Counted from the first letter of the whole stretch, positions 24,676 to 36,458 are shown. The stretch: DNA of 48,637 nt, filler included, from Sphacelaria rigidula (GCA_964200075.2; 2 parts of 2 records of this genome joined end to end with filler, not necessarily neighbours in it), one strand, 5' to 3'. Program-made: numbers and translations. Notes: generated from the sequence alone by a model not told the origin.

Positions 24676-27466
24676 CAACAAAAACATAGTAGACAACTAT
24701 TTGAATAATATTTTTGATCTCTGGCACGTTTTTGCTGACCCAATGAAACACGTCGTGAACTATACACGACCACACGAAGCATACGCAGTTCACGTCACTC
24801 ACCATCACAGAGCTACGTATGTATTGAAAACGAACAGCTGAAACTATCTACACACACCCAATATCCATGATTCGCCACACATGGTGGAAACGTGGATGAC
24901 AACAAATTTCACGTCTCGAGCACCACACCACGACGAACGAACCTCTGCTTCTTCGCGCAGTGGGCACGAATAGAGGTGCACGCCTGCAAAAACGAATACT
25001 AAATAAAATCATGGAAAATGCACGGAACCAACGACGCACACTGAAAGCATGAGCAAAATTCACAGTCACGAACGAAGATAATAACGACAACAACACGCGC
25101 ACTCCATCCAGTGATCTAGTGTTCCATCCGTCATCACTGTTGCTACGTACGCCCACCCCTTTCCGTCCTCCTCTATCGTGTCAGAAGGCGGACAAAAGAT
25201 GCACAGCCCCGCTCCATCTTCACCTGGTGGGTGGGGGTAAAGTGACAACAAAAATAAATGTTCGGTGGCTACATTCACTGCATGAGCTAATTGGAAATAG
25301 AGATCCATGCGCACGATGAAGATTGCTTCACATCCATACGAACATCTTCAGGATTTATGTATGATGAAGCGAACCCCACCACATCTACAGCTGTCACCGA
25401 GGTGTTGAAATTTCCACTCATGTACCCAACCAGCGATCCATGCACCCGCTTGGTCGGTCACGCTCACAGCTCATCAACAACTATAGCCTCACTGCCCGAA
25501 CAAACTTTGTGGTGCTGTCGGTGTTTCAAAACTGTGACCATTGCCTGTGTATGCCACAAACCAACACGAGAAACAAAGCCACCCAAGCTTGTGTACACTA
25601 CACAGCAACTCGAAAAAAAAAAGCCCTTCTCGGAACTGTCGTCTGCCCTCCCCTTCCCCGCCCTGTGCACTACACGAACCCCTGAGTAATGCTTGGGAAA
25701 ACGCGAGAAAAACCCTTTCATTCGTTGAAACCTTGACTGCGATGTGGGCTGACTATCCATCCCTGTAGTGTCAAACACAGTCCGCTTCTCTATTCGATAA
25801 GAAGAAAAAACATGAACAGCAACAAGATGGACATGCGTTGTAGTCGAAAACGCCGGAGGACATGAACGAATTAACAAGGAGGCAAAAAAAAACGGAACCT
25901 TTCCGCGGTAGACGAATTCATCACCTCAGATGAAGAGAGGTAAAGCATCAAGAGTGCAAGAGATGGCCTGAGATGGCCTTCTCCTCTGGGTGTGCTTCAA
26001 AGCTGACAGAGAGTATGTGCCCACCCTGAAGTGAGTACCGGACGCATATCCAAATGCATTTAAAGGATGCAAGGGAGAACGGATGGCACACTGCAACGAC
26101 CAACTCTGCGTTCAAGACCCCAGCTGTCTCCTACAAGGGCCACAGAGGGATAGAAGGAAATACCCCAAACTCCGAATAGATGTAAAAGTGAGGGACGCCA
26201 AAAACATTACGATTTCGGACTCCGTTGCACGCAAGGCGTGAACACAGACACAGACAAACAGACACAAAGACACACACACTCACACTCACACACACGTACA
26301 CATACACGATTGATCCCACCCCTGAAAACCCAACGCTGCACACCACCCCATATGGTTCGTCCATGCCCATACATATACGTATACAGTCCATATTTAGTTC
26401 ATTTATTTTTGACAAAACACACGCGAGAAATGACGCGACACATACCGCTTAGTGCAGATGTCGAAGGGGGGGCTCAACAACAGGAAAATAAAAAGAACGA
26501 CCCTCCACGGCGCCCGCTCAGCCATAAGCCTCCTCAGAAGTACCGCTCTAGACATCTTCCCAACGATACAGCTGTTGACGCCACGAGCACCGTAGAGGCC
26601 ATCGGAGGGACTAAGTTTGTGCAAGAGATATCAGGGTGCGTCATACCCATTGAAAGTACGTTACAGCAACCAAACCAAAGTACCGGCATGGTCGATGATA
26701 CCCGCGAAGACACACACCATCTTCTCCACCTGGCAACCCCGCAACATGACACCTAACTTCTCGTATCACACTCTCGAACATTCGGGAATATCAAACGGTA
26801 GACTTGTCTCCTCGCTCCTCTCAGAAATGTAATATAATGTAATATTTTTGCTTATTCGGTCTCCTTACGCACTCCTCGATACGCCTCCTGCATTCAAGTG
26901 ACGCAGCATCCCATGACTAATACCCTGTCCCTTGTTTTCGAGTACATGTCTCTGTGTCGTCAGTCACCCCCCCAAAATAGCTCAAAGCGTCATTGGACTC
27001 CTGAACAGACGATAAGACAATACTAAGTATTACACCACAAGCAGGCCAAGTTCCACGTTAAGGCTGTTGTCTCCACTCTTACAACATGTCTCCCTCTCGC
27101 CTCCCCCCGCTCCCAGAACACGGTCCTCCCATCCACCAAAGAAGCAACAAAGCTGCGACAGAAAGTAATGCGGAATTATCTGTTGCATCGTCACGCCTAT
27201 GACCATGATAACGGCCAGTGTCACAACACTAGGTTTACTACCCCGGTGTGTAGCGATCATTGGCGAAATTGCTTCTTGTGAGGAGGAGGGTTGTCCTCGG
27301 TGCGGATGTTGTCCTCCACAGTCACCTGAGGAGTTTTACACCAGAACGGCCAGGGTTGAAGCATCACGATTATACGAGCTGCACAGTAGGACCAGCTCGA
27401 ACGTTTGAGTTGATGAGTCGCAGCGAAAACGAGGATACGACCTCTGAAGATCATGGGGAGGGAAGG

Positions 27467-27778
27467 GGTGGAGGTGTACTCATGATCTTGCATGCTATAG
27501 CCATACGACCCTTGACCTCGCATCACTACAAAACTGGGACGGAGCACGCCGGGTTTTCGCCGGACCAGGCTCGCAATCACTAAGCGCGAAGCGTCGCGAC
27601 GTGTTCGGCAACTCGCATTCGGGATAAGCTGCATCCTGCTAAGATTGTTTGGTCCGTAGCCTACTGATTATCTTGCACTTGGATAGCAGCCTACACGAAG
27701 AGTTGCTTCATTTTTTGGTATTGCCACTTCTAGAGACAGCCACGGCTTATGCACTGCCTCATGGGTGTTTCCCCATCT
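27467..27778 (+). repeat. Repeat family A, copy 2 (interrupts the Helitron Rep region)
   Basis: Shares GGGTTTTCGCCGGACCAGGCTCGCA and GCTGCATCCTG.TAA blocks. Confidence 0.85.
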
Positions 27779-28322
27779 GGATTGGGGGGAAGGGAGGGGG
27801 AGTAAGTCGCGGACGGTATGCTCCGAGATTAATCATCTTAATTGTGTGATGACTACTGTAGCAATAACGAAATCTTCTCGGGGGGGGGGAGGGACGATGG
27901 GGCGGGGGGACATGTTATTCCTGAGTGAATGACAACAACGAACATAGTTTTGAAGGTAGCGATACCTCGTTGAAACTCAATAGTTGTGCAGTAGGCGCAT
28001 GCTACTTCGCCAGCTAGACGCAAGCCTGACATGTATTTGTTGCGCTCATCAGCCACGAACCCAGCGGCAAATTGACTTAAGTCAATTTTCCGCTCCACCG
28101 ACTGGCACGTCGGCACACCATTCCATAAAAATCTCGCCGCAAAAATCATACACAACGGTGGACAACACCCAGCGTCCAACCACCAGAGTTGACTCGCACA
28201 ACCCACCACACACATGGACAAAACTCGTCCGACGACAACTCACAGATACACACACACGTACACACAACGCACGCTTCACATACACACATCCACTGGAGTA
28301 CGATACACACACGCACACACAC

Positions 28323-31300
28323 CTCCTCCTCGCGAGGGCGCTTCAACGACGACCCTCGCGCAGCAGAAGCTTCCTCGTCCGAGTTCACATCATTTCCACA
28401 CGGTAATTCGTGCATGATTGGCCGCCAATACATGCGCCATATTGGCGCGAGGAGTGGTGGCGTATCCGTCTGTGTTCCTTGCCAATAATACGGAGAGTCG
28501 GGCGGCGTGTCTGTTGGTGTTTCTGGCGCGTATGGCGGACCGTCCACGCAAGGCTCATCAGCCAGCATCTGTGGGTGACCGGGCAGGACATTGACGCCGT
28601 TGACCAACCCGCCCGTCTCGGTGAGCAGCGCGCTGGCCGGATCGTTGTCAGCTGGCGGCGTATCGGTCGATATCGCCAGCGCATGGGGCGGCGAGCCCGG
28701 CGGCGTATCCGCCGGTGTTTCCGGCGCATAGGGCGGGCCATCTACACCGGGCACGTAGGTCAACAGCCATGACCCATCAGACGGGCCGTCCATATTGTCC
28801 GGGGACCCGTCTGTCTCCGTGGGCAGCGCCCCAGTCGGACCATCTTTCGGTGGATGCGAAGGTGGCGACGATGGCGAAAGTGCTAGCGGACCCCGAGAAC
28901 GGAGTCCACAAGGTGGAGAATGCACCGGCGGAGGGTAGGTCTGAGCTATCATTCGGCGAATGATGGGAGCATCCTCCTCGAGCATTTGGCGAATGATGCG
29001 AGTATACTCATCGCTCCTTGTGGGGCGCGCCCGCTTGAACCCCGGGTGCCGCGGGCTATCACTGAAGGCGGCCGATTTGTTGTCGTCCCCGTCATTTTCG
29101 CTAGGGCAGGGGTCGCTTTGTTCTTTGCCGCGAGGGAGTAACACGGGGACGGGACTCGGTGGCAATGCGACCTGTGGTGTAGTGGAATGCCGGGACCGAA
29201 AGGGGTGAGGAAGGGATCAAGAGGGGCCCACGGGGAAAATCTTACATTCCTGGGCAGCTGACTGAGTGTTTGGATAACTATGTGACTTACTTACTGACAT
29301 ACTCACTGCCTGTCAACAACAAATCTAGCGCTCTACATATGCGGGGACAGAATCACGAAGACACGAGCAGGTTCGGCAATCGGTTTGAGCATTACCCGGC
29401 GAGTGGCGCAGTTGAGTTGGGCACTGCCCTGCCTCTGTCCCTCGTCTTCTTCTCCATCTTCGTCGCAGTCTCGAAGACGTTTAACGCTTGAGCGATGGCG
29501 TTCGTCAATCATTCTAAGCTGGCCCGATTCACCGTGACAGTTTCTAGCTGCAAAACCGTCGAAGCCGTCGCTGATACCTGCCGGGAAAGCGAGGAGATGG
29601 GAGGAACCGCCGAACATGAAGCTCCAAACATGTTTGGAGTGTGTAACGATTTGCCATACTTATGCCGCTCAGAGGTCAAGATGAAATCGACCGTTTAGGT
29701 GACAGATTGCAGTGACGGAATCTACCTGGAAGGGGGGCAGGGGTGTACTCATGATCTTGCATACCGTAGTCATATGACCATTGACCTCGCATCTCCACAA
29801 CGCCAGTACGGAGCGCGCCGGGTTTTCGCTGGACCAGGCTCGCAATCAAGTGCCACGCGCAAAGCACCGTGATGTGTTCGGTGAATTTCGTGACGACTGA
29901 GCTGCATCCTGCTAAATGTTTTCGGCCGGAAGCGTACTGACCATCTTGCACTAGGATGACAGCCTTGAATGAGCTGCTTCATTTTCTAGTATCGCCCTTT
30001 ACAGAGACAGTCACGGGTTCCACACTGCCTCATGGGTGCCTCACCATTTAAACAAATACGTAGTCTGATCACCCCCTTGGTGCGGAATTCAGTTCCTCCC
30101 ACCAGGCACACTAGCTCGACCACCATCATGATCACCACAGAGAAAAAAAAAGCAAGCGCGTCAGAAAAACAGCAACCTGGTTGCCTAGCTCAAGCAGTGA
30201 ACGGCGTGTTCTACCGCGTCACTGCCAACCGACGCCAACCCCACAGGGGGCCCCCACCCCTACAAAGCCGGGACGGGGCACGCCGGGTTTTCGCCGAACC
30301 ATGCTGGGGGATGTAGCAATTGAACCAAGAATGATAGCATGAAAAAACAGAGAGGAATCGGATGTTGTCGTGTTCCGAAGGATGTCGAAAACACATGCCG
30401 AAGCGGAGATATACGGGGTTTGTAGACGTTTTACACATCTCCGAGTGAAAATAATCGAGTTGTTGTTTCGGTTCTCGGTACGCTTTCCTCTACAAAATAC
30501 AAAATACAAAATACAAGACATCAACGATCACCCAACGACCAAAAAATGAATAATGTATCGGTAACGCAGTAAATTGACCCATGAAATACTCAAGTCAATC
30601 TACATATGAATCAACACTCAAGGCAATCATTGAGTTGGATATGCATCGACAAATTCACCATTTCTTGTTGCCCGCATTATCGTTTGCCATGTCCTCTGCG
30701 TGCGGTTGGTGTGTTGCGATCCCGGCCATATTCATCCAAGAATAGCAAGTATCAAGAATGATACGACGGGAAATAGCCATCAAAGATCCACAACTGTTCT
30801 TTCATGTACAAACGACAACAACACACCCGCTAAACGTTCGCTCGTGCAGTAGGGACACGTCTGGTTTTCGTCACAGATAGAGCAAGGGGACAAGTATTTC
30901 ATCGGATCGCAACCGCTGCCGGATCAACCTCGACGCCTGTCTCCTCTGGTTCCATCTGCCCATTTCTTGTGTTGTATTCGGACATTCGGGATTGAGGCAC
31001 AATCGCCAGCTCAAGGTCACCACCCTGACTAAGCGGCTTTCCGGTTGTACTTCCTCGATAAAAGGACAAGGATTTGTTGACTCCGTATCGAAATTCTAAA
31101 AGAGCATACCACAACATCGTACCATGTAATGTGGTGTTGAGATTCATCGTGCCAGTCCCTCCATTTCCAACTGCCTTGAGGTAGGTTTGAGTCATTCTCA
31201 TCATTTGTTCAACCAAGTCGTGAAATGTCAAATATAGACACCGTGGGTACCAGCTTACTACTCTTGAATCCATAGTGTGCTACTTGAATAGAAGTACCAG

Positions 31301-32480
31301 CGATAGAAGTAGTACGGAAGCGCTGGCGTTACCTGTCGCCGAAATGTCCAGCAGCACGTCCCCGATCCAGAATGATGGACACCAAACTCGATTTTGCAAA
31401 AACCGACAGAATCAAGTCAACGATTGACCCTATGAGTGGCCCAACATGGACAACCATGCATCGTAGATATTTGATCAAATGAACTTGATGCTGATTCAAC
31501 AGACGGATGAGCAAGTCTGGACTCTTGACTGGTCCAAATTATCACCAACTACTGCTCGGACCGTTCGTTGGGGCTACGGCTCGACCACCATGCTCACTTC
31601 CTCGTCCACCTCAGAATCGATGCTCTCGGCTTTGCCGTCAGCTCTGCCCCTGACCTCCGCTTATGCTGCTGCATCTACGATATTCTCTGATAGCGGTGGA
31701 GGCGCTGTTGTTGCGGAAATGCGTGCAGTATCAAACGACAAAATCTCAGGCCTCGGGAGCAAGCTACTTCGACTCACCACAGCCGGGAGATGACACAGAG
31801 GTCGGACGAGCGACAGGAGCAGCAGGGTCCGACTGCGGCGACGGGAACGCGACAGAACCAGCAGCACTACCACCGTCATCAGAGAGCAATGGAGATGGAG
31901 CCGCGTAAACCGAAGTCAGGGGCGGAGTGGACGGCAGAGTCGCGACAGTCGATTCGGAGGTAGACGACGAAGAGCATGGTGGTCGAGCCGTAGCCGCGAC
32001 GGTCCGAGCAGCAGTAGAACCAGACAGTGAAGCATCGGGGGCCGCTGCCATCGCACCGGATGACCCAGCACTACCGGCTGCTGAACTGGACGAAGCAGCA
32101 GCAGCAGCAGCAGCAGCAGTAGCAGCAGCTACAGGAGCAACAGCGGTAGTGGTGGCGGCTGGAGTGAGACGCGTACATGGCGCCAACGCGTGGCTGACCC
32201 GGCCACCGCTGCCTCCCGCCGGGGAGACGAGGTGTTGGGGGGGGTCCAACCGTGCAGGCGGCGGCGATGGTTGCGGCGGAAGGGGATCCATGCCCTTGGC
32301 CTGCGGCAAGGCGGTGTTCGCGGTGTGCTCCATAGCACCCTGAGCGAGGTGTTGGGGGGGGTTCGACCGTGCAGGCGGCGGCGATGGTTGCGGCGGAGGG
32401 GGATCCATGCCCTTGGCCTGCGGCAAGGCGTTGTTCGCGGTGTGCTCCATTGCACCCTGGGCGACGACGACCTGCTCCAC
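28323..32480 (-). CDS. Putative spliced Pro/Ser/Ala-rich low-complexity protein (exons 32480-31778, 29577-29396, 29171-28323), function unknown; possibly the N-terminus of, or a passenger in, the Helitron
   Basis: Acceptors ATCGCAG|, pyrimidine tract+GGCAG|, pyrimidine tract+CACAG|; donors G|GTGAGT, CGG|GTAATG, GAG|GTGTGT; phases 0-1, 1-0, 0-0 give 1734 stop-free nt (578 codons). Confidence 0.55.
29735..30047 (+). repeat. Repeat family A, copy 3 (fragments also at about 30256-30301 and 47684-47714)
   Basis: Same conserved blocks. Confidence 0.85.
31548..32017. repeat. Diverged inverted repeat, arms about 31548-31715 and 31854-32017
   Basis: Ungapped core 31599-31715 vs reverse complement of 31854-31970: 85/117 identical by manual count. 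Confidence 0.9.
32229..32462. repeat. Tandem duplication of a 117-bp (39-codon) unit inside the - strand exon
   Basis: AQGAMEHTAN.ALPQAKGMDP.PPQPSPPPAR..PPQHL occurs twice. Confidence 0.95.
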
Positions 32481-33115
32481 CTGCGATTTTTGGGGGGCAT
32501 ACACACGGCATGGAACAAAACACCAGCACAAGGCGGGGGCAACAGGGGTCTGGAAGTGGATATCTTGGCGCGAGTATGTGGCAGAAACAGCGTTATCCAA
32601 TGTAATCACTCCATTCTATCATTTGTCATACGTGTGGGGAGAACTAGAGCAGGCAATCACCCGTCGGGGGGGGGCGTACTTATGTGTTGCTCACCTTGGT
32701 CGTTTGACCATTGACCACAGATCACTTTCGAGACGGGTTACCGTTCCCACTCCTAAAAGAAACACCTTCAGCATTTGAGAGCTCATTGCGTTTCTTCCAT
32801 AGACTAGAGGGATCCTACGATAGGGGGGCGGAGGGGTGTTTAATTCCACGAAAAAAAAACTCACGGGTGTGTCAGAGGACCGAACACACTCGCCGTGCGC
32901 TTGTTTGTATCCGGGTGAAAATGATGTCAAGTAGCATGAATTAGTGGTATCTATAGCTATCAACCGCGTTCGAACAACTGTTGCTGCTTTCGTGGAAGAA
33001 ATGGCCCCAACTGCGCCCTCCCTCCTATCGTAGGATGACGCATTGCACAAGAATCTTTTACGTATCTTATCCCCTTCATGTTACCCCGTCTATGGCTTCC
33101 ATCATTCTCGTTGGC

Positions 33116-33282
33116 TTTCTCGTTACTTTCTGATGTACCTAGCGATTTCACGCCACCCTCACCTACTTCTCACATTTCCCCCTCCAACACGTCCCGTAGC
33201 TCCTGGTATAGTCCACATTCTGCCTCTACCTTAGTTCTACTCTCTGTTGCTTTGCCGCAGGGGCAACTCTGTGCATCTACTG
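33116..33282 (-). mobile_element. LINE ORF2 C-terminal fragment (CCHC-like zinc-knuckle region)
   Basis: Translates DAQSCPCGKATESRTKVEAECGLYQELRDVLEGEM*; resembles brown-algal LINE 3' ends as I recall them. Confidence 0.65.
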
Positions 33283-34016
33283 GGGCGTTGGGTATGTATT
33301 CCGGGCTTCACTTTCATCCTATGGACACACCCTGTACTGTGACGTGATCGGCACCTCCTCCTACCCCAGGGAACAACGACATAGAGCATAGGGATAAGGC
33401 ACACGTTTAACTTGCTAGGTAAGGTACGCGTGGCATAAGTGCAGTGGCACAGCAACCGGAAACACGGAACATCGGACACGTATCAAGGCACCGTACACAG
33501 TGCGGAAAAAATGGTCAGGCGTCAACATATCACCCGATCCCTAAGCGGCCGCCTGGCTAACAAGAGCTACAGTAATGTACTGTTCGAGCGAAGGGCAGCA
33601 TCACATCAGTCGACACACCGACATGTATCCAGTCAGACACCCTGCAATACAACACATAGCCTAGGTCGGCGGGCGTCGTGGAGTGTACAATGCTATCGCA
33701 GTACCACGGTAAGAGCTGATGTCCATCTACCCTCGCTGATCGGGTTGACTACCCTATTTACTCTCCCTCGGGTGGAGCTACACGTGAAATTATCGTTCGT
33801 GTAGACTGTTGACGAGTATCACCCCCCAGTATCGTTCGTAATCACGTTAGGTGTTGACCCTTTGGGTCGTCCACGGAACAGAAGCTAATTGCTTGCATGG
33901 TGAATGGGAGGACACAAGAGAACGCGATGAGTGCTGAAACCGTGTTTTGTTGGCTCCCTGGCATTCGTGATGTCGACGATCTCGCCAAAATACTAGCGAG
34001 TTGAGGCATGTGCAGC

Positions 34017-34060
34017 ACCGGCACCTTCTGGTCAATCACCGGCACCTTCTGGTCAATCAC
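34017..34060. repeat. 21-bp tandem duplication CACCGGCACCTTCTGGTCAAT x2
   Basis: Read directly. Confidence 0.9.
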
Positions 34061-35275
34061 AAAGTCAATTTTGTGCGGGAGGTGACCCTCAAAGATGACA
34101 TTGAAATTTTGTACCAGGCCACAAAAAGGACACAGGGTGAAACCCGAACACATGCATACTAAAACACAATTTATGACTTGCTGCAAGCTGCCGTGCTGCA
34201 GAAATTTTAAGCATGAGTCATATTCCGAACAGATCATCTGGATGAATATTTTCCTCGCTTAATTTGTTTTTTGTTTTGGGCATTAGTTTTGTTTTCGTTG
34301 TTTTTTCGTTCTCTTTTCCGTCCGCTCCCTTGCCTTCGTGTTAGTTTTTGGTGCTGGTTTTGCTACAAGATGGGGTTTTTGCTGTACTTTCGTCTGTTTC
34401 ATCCACGTTACTTTCCTACATCCAATTCCCCTATTCCTTCTTAAACCCTGCTCAAAGTCAAACTTTTGTAATCTCTTTCATATCCTCGTCTTGAAACGAG
34501 ACAGACGTACAAGCTACGGAATAGCTTACAACGCTGCGGCACTCGAGCACGTCTTCAAATCTCGTGCGTGCCATGTTCATTCATTGGTGGTTCGAGTTGA
34601 TAGCGTGTGTCACACCCACCGATCTGCTACGAATTCACACGCCGCCGAGGCAAATAGATAGCATTGTTTTTGCCAGACTAAAGATCGTTCGTGTATATAA
34701 TCTGTTCTCATGAACGTAACAACACAACGAGATCGTTTCTTGTAACTAGATCATTTTTCTGCGACACTACAGGGATGAATTTGCTGTTTTGGGGGTGACG
34801 ATATATAACAGTGAAATTTGCATGTTTTTGGGAACCGTGAGGGAGGATGTGGGATGGGTAAGGTGGGGCAATGTAGTTCGTCATGAAACCCGCATTTTTT
34901 ACTTTCCCGGTGCAATATTGAAGCGTCGGCCGAAAGTGTCCAACACTACCCACCCCCGACAGTAGGAACACCAGATCGGATCTGAGGTAGCTTCTCATGA
35001 GTATGAAGACCATTCCCGCCCTAGTTGCATTGGCGATTTGGCGCTGATGATCTTATGAAAAAGTGACCGGACAAATCGTGCGACCTTAGAAACGCTTGCT
35101 GCACTGCCCGACAAGATTCTCGCGAACTTTCCCGATTATTCGTAAGTCCAGTTCGACTATTAGGCCGGACTACTGTAGCGAGGGTTCATACAGCTCCAGG
35201 AAACCTTCGGGTTATGTAAAAAACGCTATGAACAATACAGAAGCGTTTTATTTTTTTTTGCATTTTTGGATCATG

Positions 35276-35615
35276 ACCACTCGTGAAGCCCCGGTGGCTC
35301 AGTTGGCAACCTCGAAACCTTCTGATGGTTGGGTCGTGTGTTCAAATCTCGGAGCGATCTGGGATTTTTTCTCACACCACGCCGAACAGTGGAGAGCGAC
35401 CATGTCGAGGTACCCAAACTTCGACTCAATGGTCGACGAGGGAAAGAAAGCGCTGTCTCGCGATGAAAACTAAAGGCAAGCACCGCAGAAGGAAGGTGGA
35501 GTTGTAAATAAATGAATAAATAAATCCTGTGTTGAGCTTCCTCCTGTGTGACCCCGGCTGATGCGCCCACATATACCGAAAGGTGTAGGCCGGCGTTCAG
35601 AATAGATGGGACGAC

Positions 35616-35675
<60 letters not shown>
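35276..35675 (+). mobile_element. Full-length tRNA-derived SINE with (CA)n tail
   Basis: A box TGGCTCAGTTGG (35295-35306), B box GTTCAAATC (35340-35348), body, long CA tail; second 3' copy at 24373. Confidence 0.85.
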
Positions 35676-35677
<2 letters not shown>

Positions 35678-36226
35678 AGAAAGCGCTAGTCTTGCCCGAA
35701 GTAAAACTAGGTGTGAAAATGATCGAGAGCGTACGCTGAAGTTCTCTGAGAGAGTTAATGCACCGAGTCTCCCCGGGGTAGCACAATCTTCCGAACACCG
35801 TATGCGGAGGGAAATCGGAGCTGACTCGCTGGAATAGGCATTGTGAAGTCGTGTTCACACCCATCAGAAGCGAACTGATCCAACACATACCGTATACTGT
35901 ATTGTAGATATTGCGGATTACGCCGTGATGCAACACGGTACAGATACTGTGGTACAGTCGGCACACATAGTTAATAGTAGCATCAGACAAACACCTTACC
36001 CTACCGATCACCACGCGGATCGCAGAGGGCCAAAGCCTGTGCCCTTGTTTAACGACACCCCCGTGGCGGCACAAACGACCTTCCCCGTGGCGGCATTGGC
36101 GCCTTTGTCCGTATCCTCTTGTTAGGCGCGAGACAGACGGGGACATGACCTGTCCTGGCGTGAAACACACGGCCACGATAGTTTCCCCTGAAGGATAGGA
36201 GAGGCAAACGGTGGCCATTTATCATT

Positions 36227-36458
36227 TTCCTTGGCCGGTTGCACTGCTGTTCGTGTAAATAATCAGTACAGATTTAAGCCCACCACTCCCCCTCCAATAA
36301 TGTCTCACGGTCGTTGGTGTTGTGCAAGCCGTCAGATTCCAATCATTAGGAGGCCGACAGTTCCAGGTTCTCGCTCAGCGTATGGGGTGCCGGTTGGGGG
36401 TAAACCTACCCCGAAAAATGATATCCCAGTTCTGTAACGTGATCTTGCACACACACGA
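36227..36458 (+). repeat. Dispersed repeat family B; inverted copy at 45876-46114
   Basis: Shared blocks CAGATTCC.ATCAT.AGGAGGC, CCAGGTTC.CGCTCAG, ACCTAC.CC.AAAAATGATATCC. Confidence 0.8.

Larger units (their letters stand above)
23750..28110 (-). pseudogene. Decayed, fragmented Helitron-like RepHel (HUH Rep + Pif1 helicase) coding region
   Basis: Collinear motif remnants on - strand: GEVACAYCTTIEFQRG (EFQRG at about 27964-27978), ARIIVML (about 27370), CNR.F (about 27180), SLNVE...*YL (about 27060), MYSK.RDR (about 26940), LERYF (about 26540), SEFWRCAQNIIYD/AAM...NIFDHIL..DIC (Pif1 Walker B with frameshift, about 23880-23980). Confidence 0.6.

Noticed and set aside
35288-35360. tRNA gene
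   Set aside because: Has A/B boxes but no complete cloverleaf, and runs into a SINE body and CA tail
35271-36218. 315-aa - strand ORF
   Set aside because: Runs through the (GT)n tail and antisense SINE; no coherent domain beyond a faint LINE-like 'PHTVFGRL'
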